NCBI RefSeq assembly: GCF_001194135.2
Contig: NC_068998.1
Coordinates: 34,490,041 to 34,554,040 of the forward strand
DNA length: 64,000 nt
DNA from: Octopus bimaculoides
Lineage: Eukaryota
Direction: 5' to 3'
The notes beneath the pieces were generated by a model, which ran no database searches, was not told where the DNA came from, and worked only from the letters and a program-made list of their open reading frames with translations. Made by a program: the position numbers and the translations under genes. Positions 25,378 through 37,749 of the stretch are shown here, in pieces; the stretch's first letter is position 1, and every line of letters starts with the position of its first letter.

Positions 25378-26199
25378 CAGGGTGTGTTGAATGAATTGTC
25401 TAAATTACGCAAAAAGGAAAATTATACTGACATCTCATTTTAACAGATACATTTACCAAAATTACATTAAAATATCTTGAAATACCAAAGAGTAAATTTA
25501 TTCAATACAATCACTATTGGCTTCAACCACAGCCTCCATACGACTTCAGAAATTCCTGCAACTCTTCTGGACAGTCTCCTTGTTTAAGTTTGTGAATGTT
25601 TCCATAATCCTTGCCTTCATTTCATCTTTGATGTTACAAGGAATTTTGCTGGTCTCTTGCTCAACTGTACCTCACATATAATAATCAAGGGGGTTGCAGT
25701 CTGGGGAGTTAGGTGGCCAGATGTTAGGGGTGGTGTGGTTGCAGAAATTGTCTGACAGCCATGACTGGGTTCTCTTGCTTGTGTAGCATGGTGCAGAGTC
25801 CTGTTGCCAGACATAAGGTCTTCCATCATCCACCCAGGGCAGCATTACCTCCTCCAAGCACTTGATGGAGGCCTCCATGTTAAGTCTGAGACTGTGTTGA
25901 AAGACAAATGGAAGCATAATGTCACTATCACTATTGATCACTCCGAACACCATGATGTTGACTGGACGTTTGATTTTTATCACACTTCGTACATGTTTGT
26001 ATTGGTACATGTTTGTATTGGATCTTCTGGCACTTCATATTGAAACTTCCAGCATGAATGCCAAGCAGTATAGTAAGTTGGTTCCAAATTTCTGGCAGAG
26101 TGAATTGACCCTACTATACTGTATAGTCGACAAAACCTAAAACAGACAAGGCACGAAATTAAAAATATAAAATGGTGACAATTTACCCATCACCCCCTG
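25378..26199 (-). mobile_element. Tc1/mariner DD37D (maT-type) internally deleted transposon, copy 2
   Basis: Same TIRs and layout as copy 1. ORF 25672..26010 reads VWQQDSAP...WPPNSPDCNPLDYY with 37 residues between the two catalytic Asp (counted by hand). Confidence 0.9.
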
Positions 26200-26232
26200 T
26201 ATATGTATATGTGTAACTTCATGTAGTCTATT

Positions 26233-26248
26233 TATTTATTTATTTATT

Positions 26249-26298
<50 letters not shown>

Positions 26299-26337
26299 CA
26301 TCGTTATTTCTCTGTATCACAGGTTTTGTAGGAGCTC

Positions 26338-26377
<40 letters not shown>

Positions 26378-26390
26378 TACTACTATTATA
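26233..26390. repeat. (TTTA)n/(ATT)n microsatellites
   Basis: Directly visible. Confidence 0.95.
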
Positions 26391-27128
26391 ACTGCTGCTG
26401 TTGCATCTGTTGTAATTGCTTTGTCATTACATTTGTTATTATTGCTGAATTGCATTGTGAAATATGTTCTGAAAATTGTACTGTTTAGGTTTATTATACT
26501 TATTTTCTCATATGATTTATTATTTTTTTATTTATTGTTCATACATCTAGGAAAACGTAGAGAGCAAAGCTGTTATTCAAATGTTCTCATTTAGGGAGGA
26601 GAATATATCTTATTTCTTATTTTCCTACCTGAAAAACTGAAGTACATTTTCAATAATGCCTGCAGGAGTGTTTTTTTTTTTTTTTGTTTTTTCATAACAA
26701 TGGTAGTCATATTCCTCTCATACTTTGCAGGAGAGATAAACAAAATATTTGGAATAATTACTCAAGTAATGGTGGTAATACACACATTTACAGCCACAGT
26801 AGCAAGAACATTATTGCAAGAACAATGAGAAGAACAAGAAGACAGCCTAATGTGACAATAACAATGGCAAAAACATTAATAACCACAACAATTGTGGTAT
26901 CTGCAACATCAACAATAACAGCAACAAGCACTTTGATAGTAAGGAAAAGAACAGCAGATAAAGAAATACCTTTGTAGGTGTTGTTGCTATGGAGAAAATA
27001 TACCTGTACTAAAAATGTTATTGAATACATGGGTATGTGTCAGCAGCAGAAAAGACATTCCCAGAAACATGGAGAAAAAGGCAGGTAGATATATCATAAA
27101 ATAAAGTTGGTGCTGATGTTGATGTACT

Positions 27129-27395
27129 CAGGGTTGGTTTTGAGCTAATTAAATTTGTTCAAATTGGATCCCCACTCCAAGAGAGTGGCCCTATGTACAT
27201 GCTTGTGTGGAGGATGCTATAATGAATTTTTAGTATATCATTGTGACAAATGGTGGAACCTCAAGTCCTCATCATGCTTTGGCTGGGACTAACATAGTCC
27301 ACAAAGCATAAAACATCAATCTTCTACTTTTGTAGAGTAGAGGACCCCACTGACAGTGCTCTGACTGGGCCCCATACTTCCTAGTGGCAGCCCTG
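27129..27395. mobile_element. 267-bp MITE with 7-bp TSD
   Basis: Ends cagggttg...cagccctg; ATGTACT duplicated at 27122-27128 and 27396-27402. Confidence 0.75.
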
Positions 27396-27659
27396 ATGTA
27401 CTGAATCACACATATAAAATATTCTTAATTAATTGAAATTTATCTTTTAGCTGGAGAAAATATAGAAAAATACCATCATATGGGGGATGCACTGTGACAA
27501 GGTGTGAAATTATACATAATCATTGTAAGATGGAACCCTTATTTGAACTAGATGAGTGCATGCAGATGTGAATCACAGCTCTTCACTCATCTCAGACAGT
27601 CCCAGCTGATGGATTTCCTTGTCTGCAAAGCCTATCAATAGTGCTACCAGGTCAAGAAT

Positions 27660-28292
27660 TTACACATGTTACCAGCATGGGTGTATTTTATGTGGCACCA
27701 GCACAGGTGCTTTTTATGTGGCACTAGTACATGGAGACAAGAAACCAGTATATGGCCCTTTTGATACTTTAAGAGTCATATGGAACGTTGTGTGGAAGTT
27801 TTCCCTTTTGAATTCCCCTCAGTAATCCATAGGTTCCACCTGAAAGTCTTCTGTAATAGACCTATCAATTGATTTTTATCTTTTCCCAGAATTATCTTGA
27901 TCACGTAATCCAATGGGTCCTTCCCTTTTGTAAAAGTTACTTGCATATGTTTTGAAGGAATATTTGACAAGAGCTGCACGAGGTTCCATAGTCTATTTTG
28001 GCATGGTTTCTATGACTGGAATGATTTACATGTGGAACCAGCATGGGTGCATTATATGTGGCACCAGCATGTAAGTTTTATACATGCACCAGCACAGATG
28101 CATTATACATGGTACTAGCATGGGTGCTTTACACATGGTACCAGCACAGATGCTTTTTATGTGGCACCAGCACAGGTGCTTTTTATGTGGTACTATTACA
28201 TGGAGGCAAGAAACCAGCATATGGCCCTTTTGATGCTTTAAGAGTCATATGGTACCTTGTGTGAGAGTTTTCCCTTTGAATTACCCTCAGTA
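27660..28292 (+). repeat. ~165-bp direct repeat pair (27660-27824, 28130-28292) with ~23-bp RTE-UTR-type subrepeats
   Basis: Both copies read gcaccagcacaggtgctttttatgtgg..gaaaccag.atatggcccttttgat.ctttaagagtcatatgg..ccctcagta. Confidence 0.85.
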
Positions 28293-28846
28293 TACCACTA
28301 TATGACCCCCCACTCCCACCATATCATTGTGGACATCCTGAATTCACTAATATATGTTATGATAGTATAGCTTTTATAGATCAGCACCAATCTAGCAGAC
28401 CTCTACATGTTAAAATTCAAAAATTTCTAAAGACATTAACAGACTGCTTTTATGTGTATCTATGTGGTTTAGTCTCAAGTCAGTTCTACTTAACTAGACT
28501 TGACTCACCTGTCATTTTTTTGTATTTCATATGCTGTGTTTCTCAGATGATATAATCTAGGCTTTCCTTTTTCTAATAAAACAGCCAAATCTGATTTGTG
28601 AAAGATTTCATCGCTTTGCAAAAAGATCAAATGACCATTTAGAAGTCCCACTTTGACTTGGTTTTTGTGTCAATGCATATGTTTTATGTGTTTGCATACA
28701 TGCCAATGTGTATGTATATATGATGTATTAAATAAACATTGTTCACTAAACATTGTTCTCTGTGTGTGTATTTGTGTGAGTGTATGTGTATGTGAGTTTG
28801 TGTGTGTGTGTTTTCATGTGCGTGTAGAAATCTACATATGTAAATA

Positions 28847-29236
28847 CTCTTTTTTTACTTGTTTCAGTCATTTGACTGTGGCCATGCTGGAACACCGCCT
28901 TTAGTCAAGTACTTCGACCACAGGACTTATTCTTTGTAAGCCTAGTACTTATTCTATCCATCTCTTTTGCCGAATCGCTAAGTTATAGGGACGTAAACAC
29001 ACCAGCATCGGTTGTCAAGCGATGTTGGGGAGACAAGCACACACACATATATATATATATATACATATATACGACGGGCTTCTTTAAGTTTCCGTCTACC
29101 AAATCCACTCACAAGGCTTTGGTTGGCCCGAGGCTATAGTAGAAGACACTTGCCCAAGGTGCCACACAGTGAGACTGAACCCGGAATCATGTGGTTGGTA
29201 AGCAAGCTACTTACCACACAACCACTCCTGCACCTA
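28847..29236 (-). mobile_element. SINE family A, full length (tRNA head, CORE-like domain, internal microsatellite, 3' tail)
   Basis: Reverse strand: gtgtggtaagtagcttgcttaccaaccacatgattccgggttcagtctc..gcaccttgggcaagtgtcttctactatagcc..(TA/TG)n..gaaacaagtaaaa. The CCTTGGGCAAG motif resembles the CORE-SINE domain. Confidence 0.9.
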
Positions 29237-29585
29237 TATATNNNNNNNNNNNNNNNNNNNNNNNNNNNNNNNNNNNNNNNNNNNNNNNNNNNNNNNNNNN
29301 NNNNNNNNNNNNNNNNNNNNNNNNNNNNNNNNNNNNNNNNNNNNNNNNNNNNNNNNNNNNNNNNNNNNNNNNNNNNNNNNNNNNNNNNNNNNNNNNNNNN
29401 NNNNNNNNNNNNNNNNNNNNNNNNNNNNNNNNNNNNNNNNNNNNNNNNNNNNNNNNNNNNNNNNNNNNNNNNNNNNNNNNNNNNNNNNNNNNNNNNNNNN
29501 NNNNNNNNNNNNNNNNNNNNNNNNNNNNNNNNNNNNNNNNNNNNNNNNNNNNNNNNNNNNNNNNNATATATATATATATATATAG

Positions 29586-29858
29586 TGGGATGCATGGCTA
29601 AGTGGTTATGGTGTTGCACTTATGATTGCATGATTGCGATTTCAATTCCTAGCCCAAGGGGAGCAAAACACTTTATCTCATGTTGCATTCTGATCATGTC
29701 AACTCCTGAAGAATGGCACACACTGCACCTGTTCAGACAATTTCGATTTGATGGAGAGAGTATACTAATGTACGGCATAAGCATTTCATTACGATAGATA
29801 AATTAACTGTGCAGGTTGTTCGGCAAAAGCTAAATGCTCATTCGTCATCTTCGATGGG
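29586..29858 (+). mobile_element. tRNA-derived SINE (family D)
   Basis: A-box TGGCTAAGTGG and decayed B-box GATTTCAATTCC, followed by a unique body and a short catcat tail. Confidence 0.65.
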
Positions 29859-29864
29859 TGAATA

Positions 29865-29938
<74 letters not shown>

Positions 29939-30967
29939 AAATATGAATATATATATAGACGGTTGTAAATTGTAAAGCATAACTGTCACCAATACTACAT
30001 GAACCTGAAGATTGCATAGTTTAATGCATGAAAGTACTAGTTCAATCAGAATGAACATTTAATCTTCTGTCATTTCATTATATTATATTATCTTATATTA
30101 TTATAAGATGAAAATCAAAGTTGGAATTTCTTTGAGTAATATATATATAAGTATGTATGTATTCATGTATATATTTGTACATGTGTATATATATACGTAT
30201 GTATATATTTGTACATGTATGTATATATGTATGTATATATTTGCATATATGTGTATATATGCATGTGTGTGTTTATATATACATATATACCCCACACCTT
30301 GTTAACAAAGAAGGGATATGTTTTAAAATTTTCAGTCAGAGGGAAATAGCACTAACTGATAACATTATTCTTAAACAGAATAAAATACAATAATCATCCA
30401 TAAAACTATTACACTTTTAGGTAAACAATTATCATATCGCTTATTCATATCTCTCTTTTCTAACTGTGATATGACATATTCAATGGAGAAAAGCTTTCAT
30501 GTGATCTTCACACATTACCACTACATGAGCTTAATACATGAATATTGACCAATCAATTTGCACATTAACTGATATTGTTCTGAGTCACATTCTTGCTTTA
30601 AATACAAACTGTTTTCATAACAACGGCCAGAATAGACACAATTCGTGACAAAACTGCATACACTGTACACTTCTGAAAATCTCTTGTGAAACCAGTAAAG
30701 TGTATTCCTATATCTTAAAATATAATTCAATTCTAATTAATTCTAATATATTTTCACCTTCATTTTTTCAATTCTGAAACTTGTTTTGATTCATAACAGT
30801 ATATATANNNNNNNNNNNNNNNNNNNNNNNNNNNNNNNNNNNNNNNNNNNNNNNNNNNNNNNNNNNNNNNNNNNNNNNNNNNNNNNNNNNNNNNNNNNNN
30901 NNNNNNNNNNNNNNNNNNNNNNNNNNNNNNNNNNNNNNNNNNNNNNNNNNNNNNNNNNNNTATATAT

Positions 30968-31142
30968 ATATATGATAGATTGCTAGCCACTATTTCTATT
31001 TTCTCTCCTTGTTTATTTCTGAGTTCCTTTCTGTCAAAGAGCATAGGCTTGAAAAAGACTTTCTCACTTCCCAACCATTAAACTAATACATCTGTTTGTT
31101 GTTTACATACCTGTCTTCGTCTTTTGTCTTTTTGTAAATTCC

Positions 31143-31148
<6 letters not shown>
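30968..31148 (+). mobile_element. Penelope pLTR-like repeat with decayed hammerhead-like motif
   Basis: ccttt-CTGTCAA-a-gagc-atag-gctt-GAAA; inverted homologue at 32265-32440. Confidence 0.55.
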
Positions 31149-31184
<36 letters not shown>

Positions 31185-31399
31185 CCACATGCACTATATA
31201 CTCGTTCTTCAGTTCAGCTTTCTTATTTTTCTTATTTTAGTGTCCTTTGTCTGAAACGTTTCATCACACATCCTGTGGCCTCTTCAGCAACTCTCCATCC
31301 CACATGTTTCCTCCAGTATATAGATATATGAATGTATATGTAATCATACTGTGAGATTTAGATTTTAATTGCATGAACAACCAATATCTAAAACTCTAT

Positions 31400-31820
31400 G
31401 AGCATGTGTAGCTGTGTGGTAAGAAGCTTGCTTTTCAACCACATGGTTCCAGGTTCCGCTCCATTGCATGGCACCTTGGGCAAGTGTCTTCTACTATAGC
31501 CTTGGTCTGACCAAAGCCTTGTGAATGGATTTGGTAGACAGAAACTGGAAGAAGCCCATTATTGTATATAAATATATGTATGTATTTTTTTTTGTGTGTG
31601 TGTGATTGTCCCCCCACCATTGTTTGACAACTGATACTGGTGTGTTTATGTCCCCATAACTTAGTGGTGCAGCAAAAGGGAGCAATAGAGTAAGTACTAG
31701 GCTTACAAAGAATAAGTCCTATGGCCAATTTCTTCAATTAACACTCATTAAGGTGGTGCTCCAGCATGGCCGCAGTCAAATGACTGAAACAAGTAAAAGA
31801 ATAAAAGAATAAAAGAATTC
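31400..31820 (+). mobile_element. SINE family A, full length
   Basis: gctgtgtggtaagaagcttgc..ggcaccttgggcaagtgtcttctactatagcc..gaaacaagtaaaagaataaaagaataaaagaat. Confidence 0.9.
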
Positions 31821-32157
31821 TTATATATATCTCCAAAGAAAATAACCATGTGGTTCACTTGATTTGTAGTCTGAATTTCCTTTGATTGGTCCAGAGTAAA
31901 AAAAAAAGAAAACAAAACAGAAGAGTTTATTATGGTCATTGATAATGTAACACCATCTGCAGTCCAGTATAAATTTTAAAGATCACTAGTGAAAGTAGGG
32001 CAATCTCTGAAGGTTTGACAATGCAATCGGCTTATAGGATTTTCTTCATTAAACAAATAATTTTTATTGTTAATGAAACATGGATTAGATGATGATACAA
32101 CTAAATAATTTCTGAACAAACTCTCTAACTGCATTTTGTTATTTCTATGCCTGTATA

Positions 32158-32205
<48 letters not shown>

Positions 32206-32264
32206 CATTATATGTGTTGATATGTTTATATATGTGTGTGTGTTTGTGTATATATGTTTATATA

Positions 32265-32440
32265 TGGGGAGAATTCACAAAAAAAAGCAAAAGACGAAGA
32301 CAGGTGGTGTAGACAACAAGCAGATATATTAGTATAACGCTCAGGAAGTGAAAAAGTCTTTAACATTTCGAGCCTAAGCTCTTCCACAGAAAGGAACACA
32401 GAAAGAACAAGGAGAGAAAAAAAGAATGTGTAGTGGCTAG
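32265..32440 (-). mobile_element. Penelope pLTR-like repeat with hammerhead-like motif
   Basis: Reverse complement: cttt-CTGTGGA-a-GAGC-ttag-GCTC-GAA-ATGT-T-aaag. Confidence 0.6.
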
Positions 32441-32871
32441 GGATATGTATGTATGTGTGTATCTTACATATATAAAAACATCGTCTTCATCATTTAACAT
32501 CCATTTTCCATGCTTGTGTATGTGTATGTGTGTGTATGTGTGCATGCATATATACATATACATGCGTATACATGATCATATGTATGTGCATATTTATGTA
32601 TGCATGCTTGTGTTTATGTTCTTCTCCATATTACAGCTGCATGTATTCAGGATAACATTGTTGAACATATGTACACTAACATACACATGCACAATCACAC
32701 ATACTTATAAATGCATGTATGCACTCACAAACATGTGCGCACACACACACACAGAGGAAGTATTTGCTACTGGTAATGCGTGTGGTGAAGGATGTGGGTA
32801 TGTATGTGTTTCGAGTGTATGATTATATAATATAGTTGATGTACATGTTAGTTAATGAATCTGTAATTCTG

Positions 32872-32989
<118 letters not shown>

Positions 32990-33059
32990 CATTTGAGCTT
33001 TTCATGTATTTTCACTTTTTCCAACTGTCACACAGGGTGGCTGGATTTCTTTTGATTTT

Positions 33060-33645
33060 GTTCTTTCATTCTGATTTCTTCTCTCTTTTCTTCTCTCTCA
33101 CTTCCACCTTTCACCCCTCTCATTTCCTTTTCTGACTTCTAATTCCCCCCTCTTTCTCTCCTCTTTCTTTCTCATATCCTTACTTTATATCACTCTGTCT
33201 CCTTTCTTTCTCTTTCTCTACTTCTATCCCATCCTATTTTCTCACTTTTTTTGTTTCTCTCTCTCTCTCAGTCTCTCTCTCTCAGTCTCTCTCTCTCAGT
33301 CTCTCTCTCTCTCTCAGTCTCTCTCTACTTCTCTCCATTTCATTCTCCTCACATTTCTCACTTTTTTCTTACCATTACTCTGCCACTCTCACTCTCTCTC
33401 TCTTTTTCCATTTCATTCTCTCTTTTCTCACTCCTCCCCTTTCTATTACCTCACCTCTTTTCTTCTCACTCTCACTCTCACCTTACTTTCTCTCTCTTTC
33501 CCATTCCATTCTCTCTGCTCTCATTTCTCCCTCGCTTCTCTTTACTCCTACTCTTTCCATTTCAATCTCTCTTCACAACTCTTTCGGCATTTCTCTCTTT
33601 CTGTCACTCTACCTTCCCACTTTCTCTCCTCCCTCCAATTCTATC
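33060..33645. repeat. CT-rich polypyrimidine low-complexity tract
   Basis: Almost purine-free for ~580 bp; explains ORF 33251..33721. Confidence 0.9.
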
Positions 33646-36534
33646 ATATCCTGAGGAGAAATTCTTTTCCATTAGTCAGCTCTTTCATTTCCATAGCTTC
33701 CAGCAAACATTCTTTCATTGATAGCTGTTGCGTCTCTCGGTGTTTCATTTCTCTACTTAATGCTGGCCACTCCAGCTGTGACTCTTGTCCAAGCTGGTTA
33801 TAAATTCTCAGTACACAGTTCTCAGACATCCTCATCACAAAATTCCACACCACATCATTAGAATTAATTTAAGTAGAATGTAATTCTTGATGAGAAAGAT
33901 ATAAAACATTCATAATAGTGCTTTCTTGTAACTAAAAAGTAATTGTTCTCTTTATACATTAGCAGTGAAGCAAATTAGTTTCTCTGCCATACTTTCCAAT
34001 ACAATGTGATCCAAAGCAACAGAACAGCCTCTAAGTGGTAATTCACCGTGCTAGAAATAGCAGTCAAAATTTTTTTAAATCACACCATTTATTTTTCTCT
34101 TGGAAAGTGAAGGATATGCTGGATAAAAATAGAATGGCCATGGTTGGAATGTCATTAGGATTGTCTTGTCCTAGATACACTATGTCCAAAATAAACAGGC
34201 AGCATGGTCATAACTAACGAAGCGTTTACTTATGGCAAAAATAGATATTACAATCAAATATTTGACTTCATTCAATTAGCCAAACTGTTTCTCTCCAGTT
34301 TTGTGGTCTTATTATTTTGGTTATCATCAACTAAGCGATGACTTAACTGAGCCAGATTAAATGTGTTCCAATATTCAGTTTTGTCTTTCTAGCAGATTTG
34401 TTAGAGTGTCAGATGGGTTGCCTTGCAGTATCCCATCTGTTTTCTGACCTTTTGCATTCTGATAAGAACATCTGTGATGGCACTGGTATCCTGCTGCATC
34501 AGCCTTGTCTTTCCTATAGACATTGGTGGCATAGAGAAGAGAAACCTCCAACTGCTGGTATTCCATTGCCCAAGTCTTAGCGAGGAAATTTCCAGGGACA
34601 TCTCCATAGTCACATAAAACTATCATATGTCAGTGAAATGAGTAGAAAAAATGTAGGATCATGAAATTGGCATTATCTTATTTTATCTTTCTGTCATCTT
34701 GTGTACAAAGCCTGCTGGGGTTGATTCTGTATTTTATTCTTCTAATGAGGATTAATAAATTAAATTCCTATAATAATAGTGGGATTCAATCAAGTGACTT
34801 ACCTGAAAATTTCTTGCTTTGTCAGTTCAAAAAGTTAGTACATTCTTTTCTTCTTATGAAAGATTCTGCTCAAAATGTTAATGATTTCTCAAGAACTTAA
34901 CACATCCCAATTCAAGCTGAAAAGGAGGGGTGGACTTCTAAGATGTCATGTGACCTTCAAGAAATAACATCTATTTCTTCATTGCATTACACCCTGCTAT
35001 CTCTAAAAGTAGCTTGAATATTGTAGTCTTATACATTATATCTGGAAATAAGTTGGAATGGTCACAGTTGCACTGTCTTTGACCATAAATCTGTTCAGTC
35101 AGGGTTGGCCTGATAATACAAGCCTCAAAATTACATCTACAAATACCAGGTTTTATTTCTGATTTTTAGTGAACCAATTCTTGCTATGCAACTAAACATG
35201 AGCAGCTCAAGGTTACCAAAATACTTAACAATTAAACTGAACAGCTGAACTCAAGGAAACCCAAAATTTATCATTTTCAGTCAACATATTCATTTGTAAC
35301 AGTAACTTTAATAGATTCAGGTTTCATAACATGATTTGGCTCAAAATGCTTTGCATGATTTCTGCAACTTTTTGATGTTTGATATTAATATAGTCATGGG
35401 GCATTCACACTGAATCTTTTAAATACTGTCATGTTTTAATTTCACAGCAGTTAAACCTCAGAATAAAAACAATGTTAGTTCCCTTAGGAATAAGACATGG
35501 CAAGAAATACAACATAGACGTTTTTTTAATAATCATAAAATTTTAGACTCACTGTGAAAATAAAGAAAACTGTTACACCACAGGGTTTTATCTTACCATT
35601 TGTACAAAAATTTGGTTCAAATGATTAGTTTCTAGAGAAATAATAGCCATCTCCTGCCTAGAGTGAGATTAATAGCTTGTAGATATTTATAGCATGTGGG
35701 GTACTATAAATTTCATGTGATTGTATAAAACAGTAATAATGAATACATGAGCGTGTACATACACATATAAAAACACAAATATATATAGAACAAGTAGAAA
35801 GATATATTTTCAACAAGTATACTATTCAGGATTTATGCATTGAAAATATATCTTTCTACTTGTTCTACAATACATTTCATCGCTTAAAAAAAAAAAAAAA
35901 CTTATGTTTGTTTACATATGATGTTAGAAATATATGTGTCTGTGAGTGTACACACACATATACATTATATATCCATACACAAATATGTATATATACATGT
36001 ATACAAACATATAAATATGTATTAATACATATATATGTATACATTTGTATATACATACACAAATATGTATATACATATATATATATATACATATATACAT
36101 GTACATATACATGTTGGTATGTATATGAGTGTATGTTTTTGCATGTGTGTGTCTGCATATGTAATTGAAAGTGGATCCAGATTACCATAAACATTTCTTT
36201 TTAATTATTCTTTAATTATGAAATATAGTAATATTTTGCTTGTTTTAGATATTTTCCTAATTACTTCTCTTTCTGTACTGTTACTTCTTTATCATACAAT
36301 TCTTTTAACCTCTTTAAGTATATAAACACTCAAAACTGCATACTGTACTTACTCTTTCAATTTATCCTCCTCTCACCCTTTTATTTACTTCTCTTCTTCT
36401 TTCTTTTCTGTCCATACTTCTTTGTTTTCTCTCAGATCATAAAGATTTCCTTTGAAGTTACTCAGATGATTTATGATACTCTGTGCTAGATACACAGGTT
36501 TAATACAGTTCTATATTTAAGAGACGAGGAATTA

Positions 36535-36682
36535 TGTACATTATTTATATTCAACGAATATTTGTCCTCATCTTGTTTGTTGTTAACTCAACGTTTCGGC
36601 TGATATACCCTCCAGCCTTCATCAGGCATCTTGGGGAAATTTCGAACCTGGGTTCTCATTCCTAAGGTATTTTTTGATGTTG

Positions 36683-36723
<41 letters not shown>

Positions 36724-36778
36724 CGAACTCAGAATCTTGGGGTTAGTAGCCCACTCTCTTAACCACTATGCCATACGC
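36535..36778 (-). mobile_element. tRNA-headed SINE-like element carrying a hammerhead motif (left arm of palindrome)
   Basis: Minus strand: gcgtatggcatagtggttaag..ctactaa..gagttcgatt-(AAT)n-..cCTGATGAaggctggagggtatatcagccGAAAcgtt.. Confidence 0.8.
36585..36630 (-). ncRNA. Candidate minimal type-I hammerhead ribozyme
   Basis: Intact CUGAUGA (36619-36625) and GAAA (36594-36597); stem II GGCUG/CAGCC; palindromic ACGU stem III; stem I partly decayed (gaugc/gaguu). Confidence 0.6.
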
Positions 36779-36780
36779 CT

Positions 36781-36837
36781 GTGGTTAAGGGCGTGGGCTA
36801 CTAGCCCCAAGATTATGAGTTCAATTCCAGGCAGTGA

Positions 36838-36887
<50 letters not shown>

Positions 36888-37052
36888 TCGAAAATTACCT
36901 TAGGAATGAGAGCCCAGGTTCGAAATTTCCCCTAAGATACCTAATGAAGGCTGGAGGATATATCAGCCGAAAATGGATTTTCAACAAACCAAACAAGATG
37001 AGGACAAATATCCATCAAATGGAAATAATGTAAATAATGTAAATAATGTACA
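36781..37052 (+). mobile_element. tRNA-headed SINE-like element with decayed hammerhead (right arm of palindrome)
   Basis: gtggttaagggcgtgggctactagccccaagattatgagttcaattcc-(AAT)n-..cCTAATGAaggctg..cagccGAAA..(AATGTAAAT)n tail. Confidence 0.8.
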
Positions 37053-37749
37053 CAGATTCAATGTTTTACCTTCTCAACCTGATAATTGCTTGAACATAAC
37101 AAACTAATAAATGAATCCATCTTCTAAAATGTTCTTGTCAAGTGATACACTAAAACTTTGACTTTTACCATTTCTTTTACTTACACTTCCAGTGGGAACT
37201 TATCCTCCCTGTAACAACATGAACACCTGCTAAAGTATCAATATATAGGTGAATTTATTTACGTTGTTCTTGCATTAATTTATTCATAAAGGTCATGATG
37301 AAATGACTACAGCTTTTCATTATATAATGAATACTGTATGATCAGTGCTATATAATCATTGCTCACATTCATGTTTTCCAACTTAAATAATTTATTACTG
37401 AAATATTGTTGAAATAGCTGTAACCAAGGAATAAATACACTGTACCAGTACCTTCATTCTTTGCTTGTTATATATTTATGTATGAATGGATGGCTGGATG
37501 GATGGATTGAGGAAAGTTCAGTACCTAACAGAAGATAGTTTACTCCTAAACAGGTATTGTTGGGTTCAAGGGTTTCTGCTCAAGATGAAATTACTAGTCA
37601 CACTGGCACTGAATTCTCAACAGCTGAAATAAAGTAATTAGATTGATTGAATCAACTGGAACACACATCATTGTAACTGACAGAGAACGAGATAGATATA
37701 TACACATATATATACTTACGCATACATAGCATACACACACACACACACG

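Noticed and set aside
26955-27065. Possible plus-strand exon (CCCYGENIPVLKMLLNTW)
   Set aside because: Weak acceptor context and no recognisable homology.
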